Shown piece after piece: positions 38,007 to 46,512 of a DNA stretch of 64,000 nucleotides. A program made the translations under genes and the position numbers. The DNA is from a virus. The stretch covers positions 1-64,000 of the IMG/VR virus record IMGVR_UViG_3300025543_005580. One strand, written 5' to 3'. Positions within the stretch are counted from its first letter, which is position 1, and each line of letters begins with the position of its first letter. The notes under the pieces were generated by a model. It was given only the letters and a program-made list of their open reading frames with translations, searched no databases and had not been told where the DNA came from.

Positions 38007-38947
38007 ATGATTTCTTTAAATAATTCTATTAATTCTCTTGAACGATTTAACCATGATAATTCATTCGCTGTATTTATAGAGCGAGTACGGTATTCTGGAT
38101 ATTCGTTTATAATTGTATCTAGGCCTCTTAGCATTTCTCCTAAATGACGTGGGGATCTCCATAATCCATGAAAATCAGTTTCCATCTCAATCCATCCTAA
38201 AATAGGTAAACCACAAGCTGCTGCTTCTACTAATGTAAGATTAGGATGTCCAGCTTCCAAATCTGAAGGATGGAGAAATATTGTATGTGATGTATATAAA
38301 TTTCTAAGTTCTTTATTTGAGGGTTCCCAAACAACATTTAATTTATCATACCCATAAGCCCAAGGGTTATCATTAAACCAATTTTCATTATTTTTAGGAC
38401 CTGCTATTGTAATTGGTAAATTACGAGACATAGCGGTTTGAATACCAAATGTAAATCCTTTTCTATCATATGCACCATAACCACCTAAACCATTATTTGC
38501 TAACATTAATAACTTATGATCTGTTGGATATGTGTTATTAGGATAAAAATCATTAGTATTCACACCATGTGAAAAATACATAACTTTATCCGTTTCAAAA
38601 TAATCAACTAAATAACGAGCAGGAACTAATGATAATACTGAGCGTTCCATTGCTTCTAGATTTTGTTTATATACATAAGAATTTTTACCATAATGATATG
38701 CATGATGGTCATGATGTTGGAAAACATAAGGTACACCCCTATCTGCTAATTCTAAGGCTAAATTAGCTACGTGTACCATTACTATATCATAATCTCCAGG
38801 TTGTACTTCACTTGACCATTTTAAATCAACTTCATGTCCTAATTCCTTAAGATTACATATAAATTCCCATACAATTTTTTCAATAGCTCCCCACGATGGT
38901 GGAGGTATTGGGATACCACAGCCTGGGTTTATTTGTGCTATTCTCAT
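38003..38947 (-). CDS. Glycosyltransferase, GT4-like
   Basis: IPP..WGAIEK, HGVN...F.P, RKG and PS..E....TLVEAAACGLPI (EX7E-like). Confidence 0.85.
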   Translation of the reverse strand: MRIAQINPGCGIPIPPPSWGAIEKIVWEFICNLKELGHEVDLKWSSEVQPGDYDIVMVHVANLALELADRGVPYVFQHHDHHAYHYGKNSYVYKQNLEAMERSVLSLVPARYLVDYFETDKVMYFSHGVNTNDFYPNNTYPTDHKLLMLANNGLGGYGAYDRKGFTFGIQTAMSRNLPITIAGPKNNENWFNDNPWAYGYDKLNVVWEPSNKELRNLYTSHTIFLHPSDLEAGHPNLTLVEAAACGLPILGWIEMETDFHGLWRSPRHLGEMLRGLDTIINEYPEYRTRSINTANELSWLNRSRELIELFKEII

Positions 38948-40905
38948 CTAATTGTTAATTGGCCGTTATTTGTTAAATCATCAGTTGATAATATTTTAGT
39001 ATCAACTAATCCTAATTTATCAATTATTGTAAATTTAATTCTACTACCTTTAATATAAGGAATAAGTTTATAATAATCTATTTTTTGATTAACTTCAATT
39101 ACATCTATATGGGTTTCTTCTCCATTGATATATGATGATATTTCAATTGTTTTACTTTCCTTAGCATTAGATATTCTAATAAAAGGAGCTATCATATTTT
39201 CTTTATTAGTAGGCAACACTGTATAATATTCTACTCTTGAAAAGTCTTCATGAATAAATGAAGTAGATATTAATTCATTGAATTTATCTTCAGATTCATA
39301 ATATATGTTTGAGAGATTTTTAAAAGCATGATACATCATATTTTCATACCCATTAGATTCACTACCCCATTCATTACGTAATAACTCATAATCATTAGTA
39401 TTCATTATTTTTGGGATATTATCTAAATAAAAACTAGAGTTAATTCCTAAAAAATAAGTATACACAGTATCTCCTTCAGCCGCTTTATATTTTCCTAAAT
39501 ACGCATTTTTATTATTTAAAATTTTAGATATTTTATCTATACCTTCTGAGTTGGTGAGGATATAATCATAATTTAGGAAATATACCTTTTTATAACCTAA
39601 ATTATTAGCTAATGCTGCTCCGTTATGATAATTAGAATAACAACTAGGACCGTGGTATATATCATTATCATTACCTCGTAAATTAATTTGAATATCTGCT
39701 TCTTGAGTTGAGGTATAATAATTACAATAATATGAATGTTTTGTTAAAATATTATTATTATCATTAATAGTATAATCTGCTAGTTTTGATAATTCCTCTG
39801 GGATAGGAATATGTGAAGTTAGTATTACTTTTCTACCTGTTGCTTTAACAGATTCAATACATTTTTTAGTTGTAGAGATTACACTATCGGAATTAGGATA
39901 AGTAGAAATTATAAATATTTCATTTTCCGGTGTTACTGTTATTTCCTCTCCTAAAGTTTGTAATATTAAATTTTTATTTTTATCTAAATCATCAAACTCT
40001 AAATAATTAACACTATCATATGAATCAAAGTAATTTTGATATACTTCTAAGTTATACAATAATTGGGGAATTTGATATGATAACGCCTCCCGAATTACTA
40101 AAGGCATAGTTTCCTTATCATTATTAGTACCGCGTGAAGTAAATAAAAATAAGTCCATTGATTGGTAAAAATTATTTACATCCGTACGTTCATTCCACCA
40201 AGTTAAGTTATCTGGTTTATTAGCCATTAATGGTTCCCAATACCATTTAAAATTATCTGCTTGATTACCTACACTATGAAATTCGATATCGGGTAACATT
40301 TTAGCATATTCAAAAAATTCTGCTTGATTTTTACGTGATGTAAATAATCCAATATGTAATACGTGTTTTTTATCTGGATTTAATCCTAATTTTTTTAATG
40401 CTTTACTCCTATCAGGACGATCAACATATTCAATAGGATATTCTACTAATATTTTAGGAATATCTATATCTTTATATTGATCAATTTGCCATTGAGATAC
40501 AAACATAAATTTGTCTGGAAAGAATTGTTTATTGTCTGTATCGAATGAAGAATCATGTGATGTTTCTACAATTTTATATGAACGATTAGTATCATATATT
40601 TTTTCCATAATATCCTTTGGAAAATGAGCTAATTCAGGAATTTCTTCTAAATGAATAATATCGGGTTTGATTCTATTAATTATATCTAAAATTTCTGTTT
40701 TATCTTCTCCTAAAGTATAAAATCTTTCTGTAGGTAATAGAGCTTTAATCTTATTACGAGTTACAACTAACACACCTCCAGTTACATCCGCCCATTCAAT
40801 TAAATGAATTTCATATTCATCTTTTAATAGTTCAATTTTTTTAGTTAAATATTGAGGTAAACCTCCAGTAGATAAATGGGGGGCAATGTATAATAACTTT
40901 TTCAT
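38944..40905 (-). CDS. Glycosyltransferase: GT4-like N-terminal domain plus a second domain
   Basis: PHLSTGG.PQ, HIGLFT.RKNQ, DLFLFTS and E.MPLV.REAL; C-terminal part contains a YD motif. Confidence 0.8.
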   Translation of the reverse strand: MKKLLYIAPHLSTGGLPQYLTKKIELLKDEYEIHLIEWADVTGGVLVVTRNKIKALLPTERFYTLGEDKTEILDIINRIKPDIIHLEEIPELAHFPKDIMEKIYDTNRSYKIVETSHDSSFDTDNKQFFPDKFMFVSQWQIDQYKDIDIPKILVEYPIEYVDRPDRSKALKKLGLNPDKKHVLHIGLFTSRKNQAEFFEYAKMLPDIEFHSVGNQADNFKWYWEPLMANKPDNLTWWNERTDVNNFYQSMDLFLFTSRGTNNDKETMPLVIREALSYQIPQLLYNLEVYQNYFDSYDSVNYLEFDDLDKNKNLILQTLGEEITVTPENEIFIISTYPNSDSVISTTKKCIESVKATGRKVILTSHIPIPEELSKLADYTINDNNNILTKHSYYCNYYTSTQEADIQINLRGNDNDIYHGPSCYSNYHNGAALANNLGYKKVYFLNYDYILTNSEGIDKISKILNNKNAYLGKYKAAEGDTVYTYFLGINSSFYLDNIPKIMNTNDYELLRNEWGSESNGYENMMYHAFKNLSNIYYESEDKFNELISTSFIHEDFSRVEYYTVLPTNKENMIAPFIRISNAKESKTIEISSYINGEETHIDVIEVNQKIDYYKLIPYIKGSRIKFTIIDKLGLVDTKILSTDDLTNNGQLTIR

Positions 40906-40911
40906 AAATTT

Positions 40912-41505
40912 TTATTTAAAATGTGAACCACCTAACCATAATACTAAGGATCTCCGGGTTCCCCTAGTTATAGGTGAAACTCTGTGGAGGATATATGAAG
41001 GAAACAATACAGCAACTCCTTTTCCTCTAATTGTTTTTTCTGGGGAACCACCTCTTAATACTTCTAAATCACCACCTTCATAATCATTTGTGTCTGATAA
41101 TTGTATTGTGACTGATACTTTTCTAATACTTAATTCTCCAGGGCCTATATCTTGGTGCCAATCATAATGACCTCCATTATCGAAATATTCTGTAAATTGG
41201 ATAGATTCAGGCATCGAGTGTAAATCAAAATTCCATATTGAATTTGCTTCTTTAGCTAATTCTGATATTCTCCAGTAGATCCAACTAAATTCATCAGTTT
41301 GGGGGACCCATCTAACTGTTGATTTTCTAATACCTGTGATTTCATCAGCTTCACCACCACCAGCTATACTAGCATGTTGGGTAGGAATTTTACTGCAATC
41401 CGTAATAATTTTATCTATCTCTTCGGGTGAAAATGCTTCTTGAAACCAATAAAATTCTGTTGGATTAGTATCGTAATTTGGATCAAAATTATAAAATGTT
41501 TTCAT
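40912..41505 (-). CDS. 2OG-Fe(II) oxygenase, prolyl-hydroxylase/PKHD-like
   Basis: Y.WHQD (HxD), RK.S...QLS, YEGG.L and FPS...HRV.P.T.G.R.SLV.W. Confidence 0.9.
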   Translation of the reverse strand: MKTFYNFDPNYDTNPTEFYWFQEAFSPEEIDKIITDCSKIPTQHASIAGGGEADEITGIRKSTVRWVPQTDEFSWIYWRISELAKEANSIWNFDLHSMPESIQFTEYFDNGGHYDWHQDIGPGELSIRKVSVTIQLSDTNDYEGGDLEVLRGGSPEKTIRGKGVAVLFPSYILHRVSPITRGTRRSLVLWLGGSHFK

Positions 41506-41508
41506 GTA

Positions 41509-42159
41509 TTAATATCTTGGGGGTTCTGGTTTATCACAATCAAAAAAGAACATATGAAAATATCTAGAGTTATAAATGTTATCTCCAAAATATTCACTAG
41601 CAGCATGAATTGTACGAGCATCCCATACTGCTAATCTATTATATACATTACCAATTTTATCTATTAATTCTAATTTAGTTTTATCATAATAGTTACCATT
41701 CGGGAAAGTATCATTATATATTTCGCTTCCATTTTCCCAAGGTTCAAACCTTGTTTTTCCTGTTATTCTAGAACGATAAAAATTAGTACCTGATTCTGGT
41801 GGAGCATCTGGGGTTAAAAATACTACAGCGGCATATTGTTGGGTATCACAATGGTATACTAATGAATCTTGGGCATTACAAAACTGAAATACGCCATTGT
41901 AATTATAATCCCAGTTAGTTATTTCACGTTGTAATATTTTTTCAATTTTTTCTTTTGTACCTTCAACTATTAATTTTTCATGACTACGTTGTCCTTTATG
42001 CCATTGAGATGGTTCAAAATTAAAATTATTTATAGTAAAATCCCTAATACCATCAGGGTCATTATAAAAATTATCTACAGCTAATACTGTGATTTCATGT
42101 CCATTATTAATACCTGAACGGGTTAATTCGTGAAATTGTTTAAATTGTTCTGTCATCAT
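41509..42159 (-). CDS. 2OG-Fe(II) oxygenase-like protein (DUF6445-like)
   Basis: VDNFY.DP, HCD (HxD), FLTP.AP..SGT and NVYNRL......HAA..FG....R. Confidence 0.75.
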   Translation of the reverse strand: MMTEQFKQFHELTRSGINNGHEITVLAVDNFYNDPDGIRDFTINNFNFEPSQWHKGQRSHEKLIVEGTKEKIEKILQREITNWDYNYNGVFQFCNAQDSLVYHCDTQQYAAVVFLTPDAPPESGTNFYRSRITGKTRFEPWENGSEIYNDTFPNGNYYDKTKLELIDKIGNVYNRLAVWDARTIHAASEYFGDNIYNSRYFHMFFFDCDKPEPPRY

Positions 42160-43400
42160 AGTTCTCTATATCCTGGTCTACGTTTATCACTTTTAATAGC
42201 ACTTAAATAAGCTCGAGTAACAGGGATATTATTTTCATACATAAATTCATCTGGGAAGTATGTATCTAGTACATATGATTGGAAATGGATTTTATCATTA
42301 TAAATAAAACCAGCATGTAATTTTTTAGTATAATACCAAAATGAATTTTCATTCCAATAACTTACGTGTGTAGGGTCTTGAAAAGCTCCTCTACCATCTG
42401 TAGAAGGGACTTCAATAAAAGCCCATGCACCATCTGCTAATACTCTATGCATTTCAGACATAGTAAATTGTTTATCAGGTAAATGTTCAATTACATGAGA
42501 TGCATTTATTACACCAATTGAATTATCTTCAAATGGCCATTTTTGCGTTAAATCCGCAGTAATATCTCCATTCGTAATATCCACCGACTCATATCCTTCA
42601 CGCGGGTATAAACCACCACCTATGTCAATTTTACGTAAACCTTTTAGGTCAGCATCTCGTTCAGCTAAACGTTGTTGCCATTCATACATCATAGCAACTG
42701 TTCCTTCTTGAATTTCTTGATTACGCTCTAACCATGTATTTTCTCCATAAATTCTATAAAAATAAAGTGTTTTAGGAATATATTTAAATAGAGTAATCAT
42801 GTATGTTCTCATCATTAATTCCTGATCATCCAAAATAGATAATTCTGGGTTATGACCTCCTACTTCTCTATAAATAGATGCTCTCCAAGAACGAACATGA
42901 TCAGGAGCAAACCAAATAAGAGATACACAATTTGCTGATGGTTCAAATGAATCCATAGAGATATAATGTTTACCTTTCCATTCAGCTTGTCTATAAGTCC
43001 AACCATATTCTTCTCCATAAGGAACAAAATCATCCTGTAGTTTAGCATTATCACTATATACAAAACCAATTTCAGGGTCTTCAAATGCTTTTGCTACTTC
43101 TGATAGACAATCAGGGGTAATAACATCATCATGATCTACTTCTACTAGAATATCACCAGTTGCAATATGGAATGCTTTGTTTTTTAGATACCCTACGTTT
43201 GTACTTAATGGGGTTTTAATATCATGGTGGATATTAACCCTAGGGTCATTAACTATTTCAGATGATAAATCATCTTTACGTAGACCTCCATTTAGATAAA
43301 GAAGCCATTCCCAATCTTGATATGTTTGGTCTTTTAATGAATCGTACAATTCATTTAAATATGTTCCCTTGTGGGTTGGTGTAACTACACTTAATTTCAT
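42156..43400 (-). CDS. GT2 glycosyltransferase fused to a class I SAM methyltransferase
   Basis: SVVTPT, VDHDD (DxD) and DD.EL..R; C-terminal IDIGGG, WPFEDNS, SHVIEH, EMHRVL and DPTH. Confidence 0.88.
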   Translation of the reverse strand: MKLSVVTPTHKGTYLNELYDSLKDQTYQDWEWLLYLNGGLRKDDLSSEIVNDPRVNIHHDIKTPLSTNVGYLKNKAFHIATGDILVEVDHDDVITPDCLSEVAKAFEDPEIGFVYSDNAKLQDDFVPYGEEYGWTYRQAEWKGKHYISMDSFEPSANCVSLIWFAPDHVRSWRASIYREVGGHNPELSILDDQELMMRTYMITLFKYIPKTLYFYRIYGENTWLERNQEIQEGTVAMMYEWQQRLAERDADLKGLRKIDIGGGLYPREGYESVDITNGDITADLTQKWPFEDNSIGVINASHVIEHLPDKQFTMSEMHRVLADGAWAFIEVPSTDGRGAFQDPTHVSYWNENSFWYYTKKLHAGFIYNDKIHFQSYVLDTYFPDEFMYENNIPVTRAYLSAIKSDKRRPGYREL

Positions 43401-43421
43401 AAAACTTATTTAATTTAAAAC

Positions 43422-43452
43422 TTAATATAATAACAAATTATTACATATCCAA
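43422..43452 (-). promoter_or_regulatory. Bacteroidota-type promoter variant (TTG-N20-TATATTAA) upstream of the modification cluster
   Basis: Plus strand TTAATATA at 43422-43429 and CAA at 43450-43452; same spacing as the other sites. Confidence 0.55.
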
Positions 43453-43453
43453 G

Positions 43454-46400
43454 TTAGTTTATTTTTTTAGCAATAAGGTGTGCACTTTTTATATAATGTT
43501 GGTTTGTTGCAGAAGCAAATGTATACATAGCTATTATATCACCATTATTAAGGTAAAAACAACCATATACTTTAGCAGCACATTGGTGACTAGTAGTTGA
43601 ACCTGTTACTTTAGTTCTACCTGAGGATAAATAGTTGTTTGTATTGGTTGTTTTAACTAATTTAACAATAGTAGCTCCTAAATCTTGAGATCCATTGTTT
43701 TCTTCAACATTTACAATACCTTCTATATAATACATTCCGGTAACACCAATTTGTAAACCACCATATGTTTGACCACCTACAACTACTGGGGTTACATTAC
43801 CATAAGGTAATGATATTATATTCATTGGTGCTGTTACTGCTGTAGCATCTGAGGTTCCTATAGTAACATTTAATCCTTGTCCCCATATACCATCACCACC
43901 TTCAGATAAACCACTATATCCTGAAGGACCTGTAGGACCATTTGAACCTGTATATCCTGTATATCCTTGGGCTCCTCTAGAACCTTGAGGTCCAGGATTA
44001 TTTGTACCTTGATATCCTTGAGCACCTTGAGAACCTGTTGGATTACTACCTTGATATCCTTGAACACCTTGAGAACCTTGGGGACCTCTACCTCCCTGTG
44101 CACCACTAGGTGCCCCTGGGTCTCCTGTAGGTCCTTGGGTACCTTGAGCACCTCTTGGATTTGGACCTGCTACTCCTTGATAACCTTGACTACCACGACC
44201 ACCTTGACCACCTTGAGAACCTGTACCACCTTGTGGACCGCGGTTTGCTCCTTGATAACCCTGAACACCTGGATTACCATTAGGAGTAGGACCAGATTGA
44301 CCTTGACCACCTCTACCACCTTGAGGACCTTGATAACCCTGAAATCCTCTAGTAGTATTTGCTGTACCTTGACTACCTTGATCACCTTGAGGACCTCTAT
44401 ATCCTGTTGGTTGATTACCTTGATATCCTTGAGGTCCTTGAGTTCCTTGAGAACCATTTGGCCCTCCATGTCCTTGATACCCTGTACTAACTCCTTGGGT
44501 ACCTTGAGGTCCAGTTGGTCCTATATATCCTGTTGGTTGATTACCTTGATATCCTTGAGGTCCTTGAGGACCTCTTGGTGTTGGTGATCCTTGAGTACCT
44601 TGAGGTCCTTTAACTCCACTTTGGGGTCCTTGATAACCTTGAGGTCCTATATATCCTGTTGGTTGATTACCTTGATATCCTTGAGGTCCTTGAGGACCTC
44701 TACCTGTACCAGGACCTGTGTATCCTTGAGGTCCTTGGGGACCACCTTGATAACCCTGAGGTCCTTGATAACCTCTATATCCTGTTGGTTGATTGCCTTG
44801 GTAACCCTGAGGTCCTTGAGGACCTCTACCTGTACCTGGTCCTGTATATCCTTGTGGTCCTTGAGGACCACCTTGATAACCTTGAGGTCCTTGATATCCT
44901 TGGTATCCAGTTGGTTGATTACCTTGATATCCTTGAGGTCCTTGAGGACCTCTACCTGTACCAGGACCTGTGTATCCTTGAGGTCCTTGGGGACCACCTT
45001 GATAACCCTGAGGTCCTTGATATCCTTGGGCTCCTGTAGGTTGATTACCTTGATAACCTTGAGGTCCTCTATATCCTTGATAACCTTGAGACCCACCTCC
45101 ACCTTGATCACCTTGTGGTCCTCCTTGGTAACCTTGAGAACCACCAAATCCTGTTCTACCACCTAATCCTGTTGGTGATGTACCTTGATATCCTTGAGGT
45201 CCTTGCGTTCCTCTACCACCTTGACCACCTTGTGGTCCTGTATTACCACCTTGATAACCTTGTGAACCCTGATTTCCTTGTGAACCTCTAGGTTCTGGTC
45301 CTCTAATACCTTGGTAACCTTGTGATCCCTGACCACCTCGTCCTCCTTGAGGTCCTCGATAACCATTAACACTACCTTGATAACCCTGAGGTCCTTGGTA
45401 ACCTAAATATCCTTGTAAGCCCTGGTAACCTTGGGCACCACCTCCACCTTGAGTACCAACAGTAGTATTTTGTCTACCTACACTATCAAATAACTCATTT
45501 GGATCAATCTGCCAAGTTGATGATCCTGGTTTTTGCCAGTATACTCGTAAACCATCTCCACCACCATATTCTTGCATTCTAGCTTTAAAGTTGTAAGCTA
45601 CACCTGCTGTTAACGAAATGGTACCTGTTGTAGTACCAATAGGAGGTGTACCTCTACCGCCGTAGAAGCCACATACAAACGTATTATTAATGTATAAATC
45701 ACCGGAATCATCCGATTCACATGAGAATGTATATGTACCTGTTTCTGTTGGTACAAATGTACCAAATACTACAAATGAGTAATAGTCACCTGAGTTTGGA
45801 ACAGGGACACCTGCATTTACGAGTGTGGTATAGTTTAAAAAGTCAATACCAACAGTAGCATCAATTTGACCTGAACCAACCAATGATGTGGCTGCTTGGG
45901 TTGTATTTAATAAAATATCAAATTGGGGTGAATTTAATGGGTAATTAGTAAATCCGTTATTAATATAATCTGCTGAGTTACCATTACCATAGTGGGTAGA
46001 AAATACTTCATATGATAATATACCTACATCTTTTTTAATACCTTGATATCCTTGAGGCCCTTGATAACCTTGTGAACCACCAACACCATTTATACCTATA
46101 ATTCCTTCATAACCTTGAACTCCTTGACTACCTTGAGCACCACCTGCACCTGGAGAAGGGGTTGCCCCTGTATTTCCTCCTTGTCCTGGGTTGCCACCTA
46201 AACCGGCACGTCCTAAATTTCCTGTTCTACCTCCAAAACCTTGAATTCCTTGACTACCTTGACCACCTTGAGATCCATTAGGACCTGAGTATCCAGAATG
46301 ACCAAAAAGACTATCTGTTTTTCGAAGTGTCTTAGATACAGGGTCTACTGTAAGATATGTTTCTATGCTAGGATGTGTTGTTATAGTTTGGATATCAGCA

Positions 46401-46489
46401 TATGATCCTGATAGTATAGCGTTTTCCACAATTGATTGTGTAGTAGAACCACTAACATATATCTTATTTCCAGTTATTTCTAAACCCAT
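43454..46489 (-). CDS. Collagen-like fibre protein with an inserted PA14 domain and a C-terminal beta-rich (C1q/BclA-like) head
   Basis: N-terminus MGLEITGN; GPQ/GYQ triplets; PA14 motifs G.F.P..TGTYTF...SDD..L.IN and W..PG; head motif VTGMYYI. Confidence 0.85.
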   Translation of the reverse strand: MGLEITGNKIYVSGSTTQSIVENAILSGSYADIQTITTHPSIETYLTVDPVSKTLRKTDSLFGHSGYSGPNGSQGGQGSQGIQGFGGRTGNLGRAGLGGNPGQGGNTGATPSPGAGGAQGSQGVQGYEGIIGINGVGGSQGYQGPQGYQGIKKDVGILSYEVFSTHYGNGNSADYINNGFTNYPLNSPQFDILLNTTQAATSLVGSGQIDATVGIDFLNYTTLVNAGVPVPNSGDYYSFVVFGTFVPTETGTYTFSCESDDSGDLYINNTFVCGFYGGRGTPPIGTTTGTISLTAGVAYNFKARMQEYGGGDGLRVYWQKPGSSTWQIDPNELFDSVGRQNTTVGTQGGGGAQGYQGLQGYLGYQGPQGYQGSVNGYRGPQGGRGGQGSQGYQGIRGPEPRGSQGNQGSQGYQGGNTGPQGGQGGRGTQGPQGYQGTSPTGLGGRTGFGGSQGYQGGPQGDQGGGGSQGYQGYRGPQGYQGNQPTGAQGYQGPQGYQGGPQGPQGYTGPGTGRGPQGPQGYQGNQPTGYQGYQGPQGYQGGPQGPQGYTGPGTGRGPQGPQGYQGNQPTGYRGYQGPQGYQGGPQGPQGYTGPGTGRGPQGPQGYQGNQPTGYIGPQGYQGPQSGVKGPQGTQGSPTPRGPQGPQGYQGNQPTGYIGPTGPQGTQGVSTGYQGHGGPNGSQGTQGPQGYQGNQPTGYRGPQGDQGSQGTANTTRGFQGYQGPQGGRGGQGQSGPTPNGNPGVQGYQGANRGPQGGTGSQGGQGGRGSQGYQGVAGPNPRGAQGTQGPTGDPGAPSGAQGGRGPQGSQGVQGYQGSNPTGSQGAQGYQGTNNPGPQGSRGAQGYTGYTGSNGPTGPSGYSGLSEGGDGIWGQGLNVTIGTSDATAVTAPMNIISLPYGNVTPVVVGGQTYGGLQIGVTGMYYIEGIVNVEENNGSQDLGATIVKLVKTTNTNNYLSSGRTKVTGSTTSHQCAAKVYGCFYLNNGDIIAMYTFASATNQHYIKSAHLIAKKIN
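44660..45060 (-). repeat. 126-bp (42-aa) tandem repeat, about 3 copies
   Basis: TACCTGTACC recurs at 44701, 44827 and 44953. Confidence 0.9.
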
Positions 46490-46503
46490 TATATTATTTT
46501 ATT

Positions 46504-46511
46504 ATAAATAT
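46504..46511 (-). promoter_or_regulatory. Putative late-promoter motif ATATTTAT (representative copy)
   Basis: Same motif just upstream of starts at 9631, 30144, 32861, 34488, 36512, 36788 and 49032; ATATGTAT variants at 12642 and 33907. Confidence 0.55.
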
Positions 46512-46512
46512 T

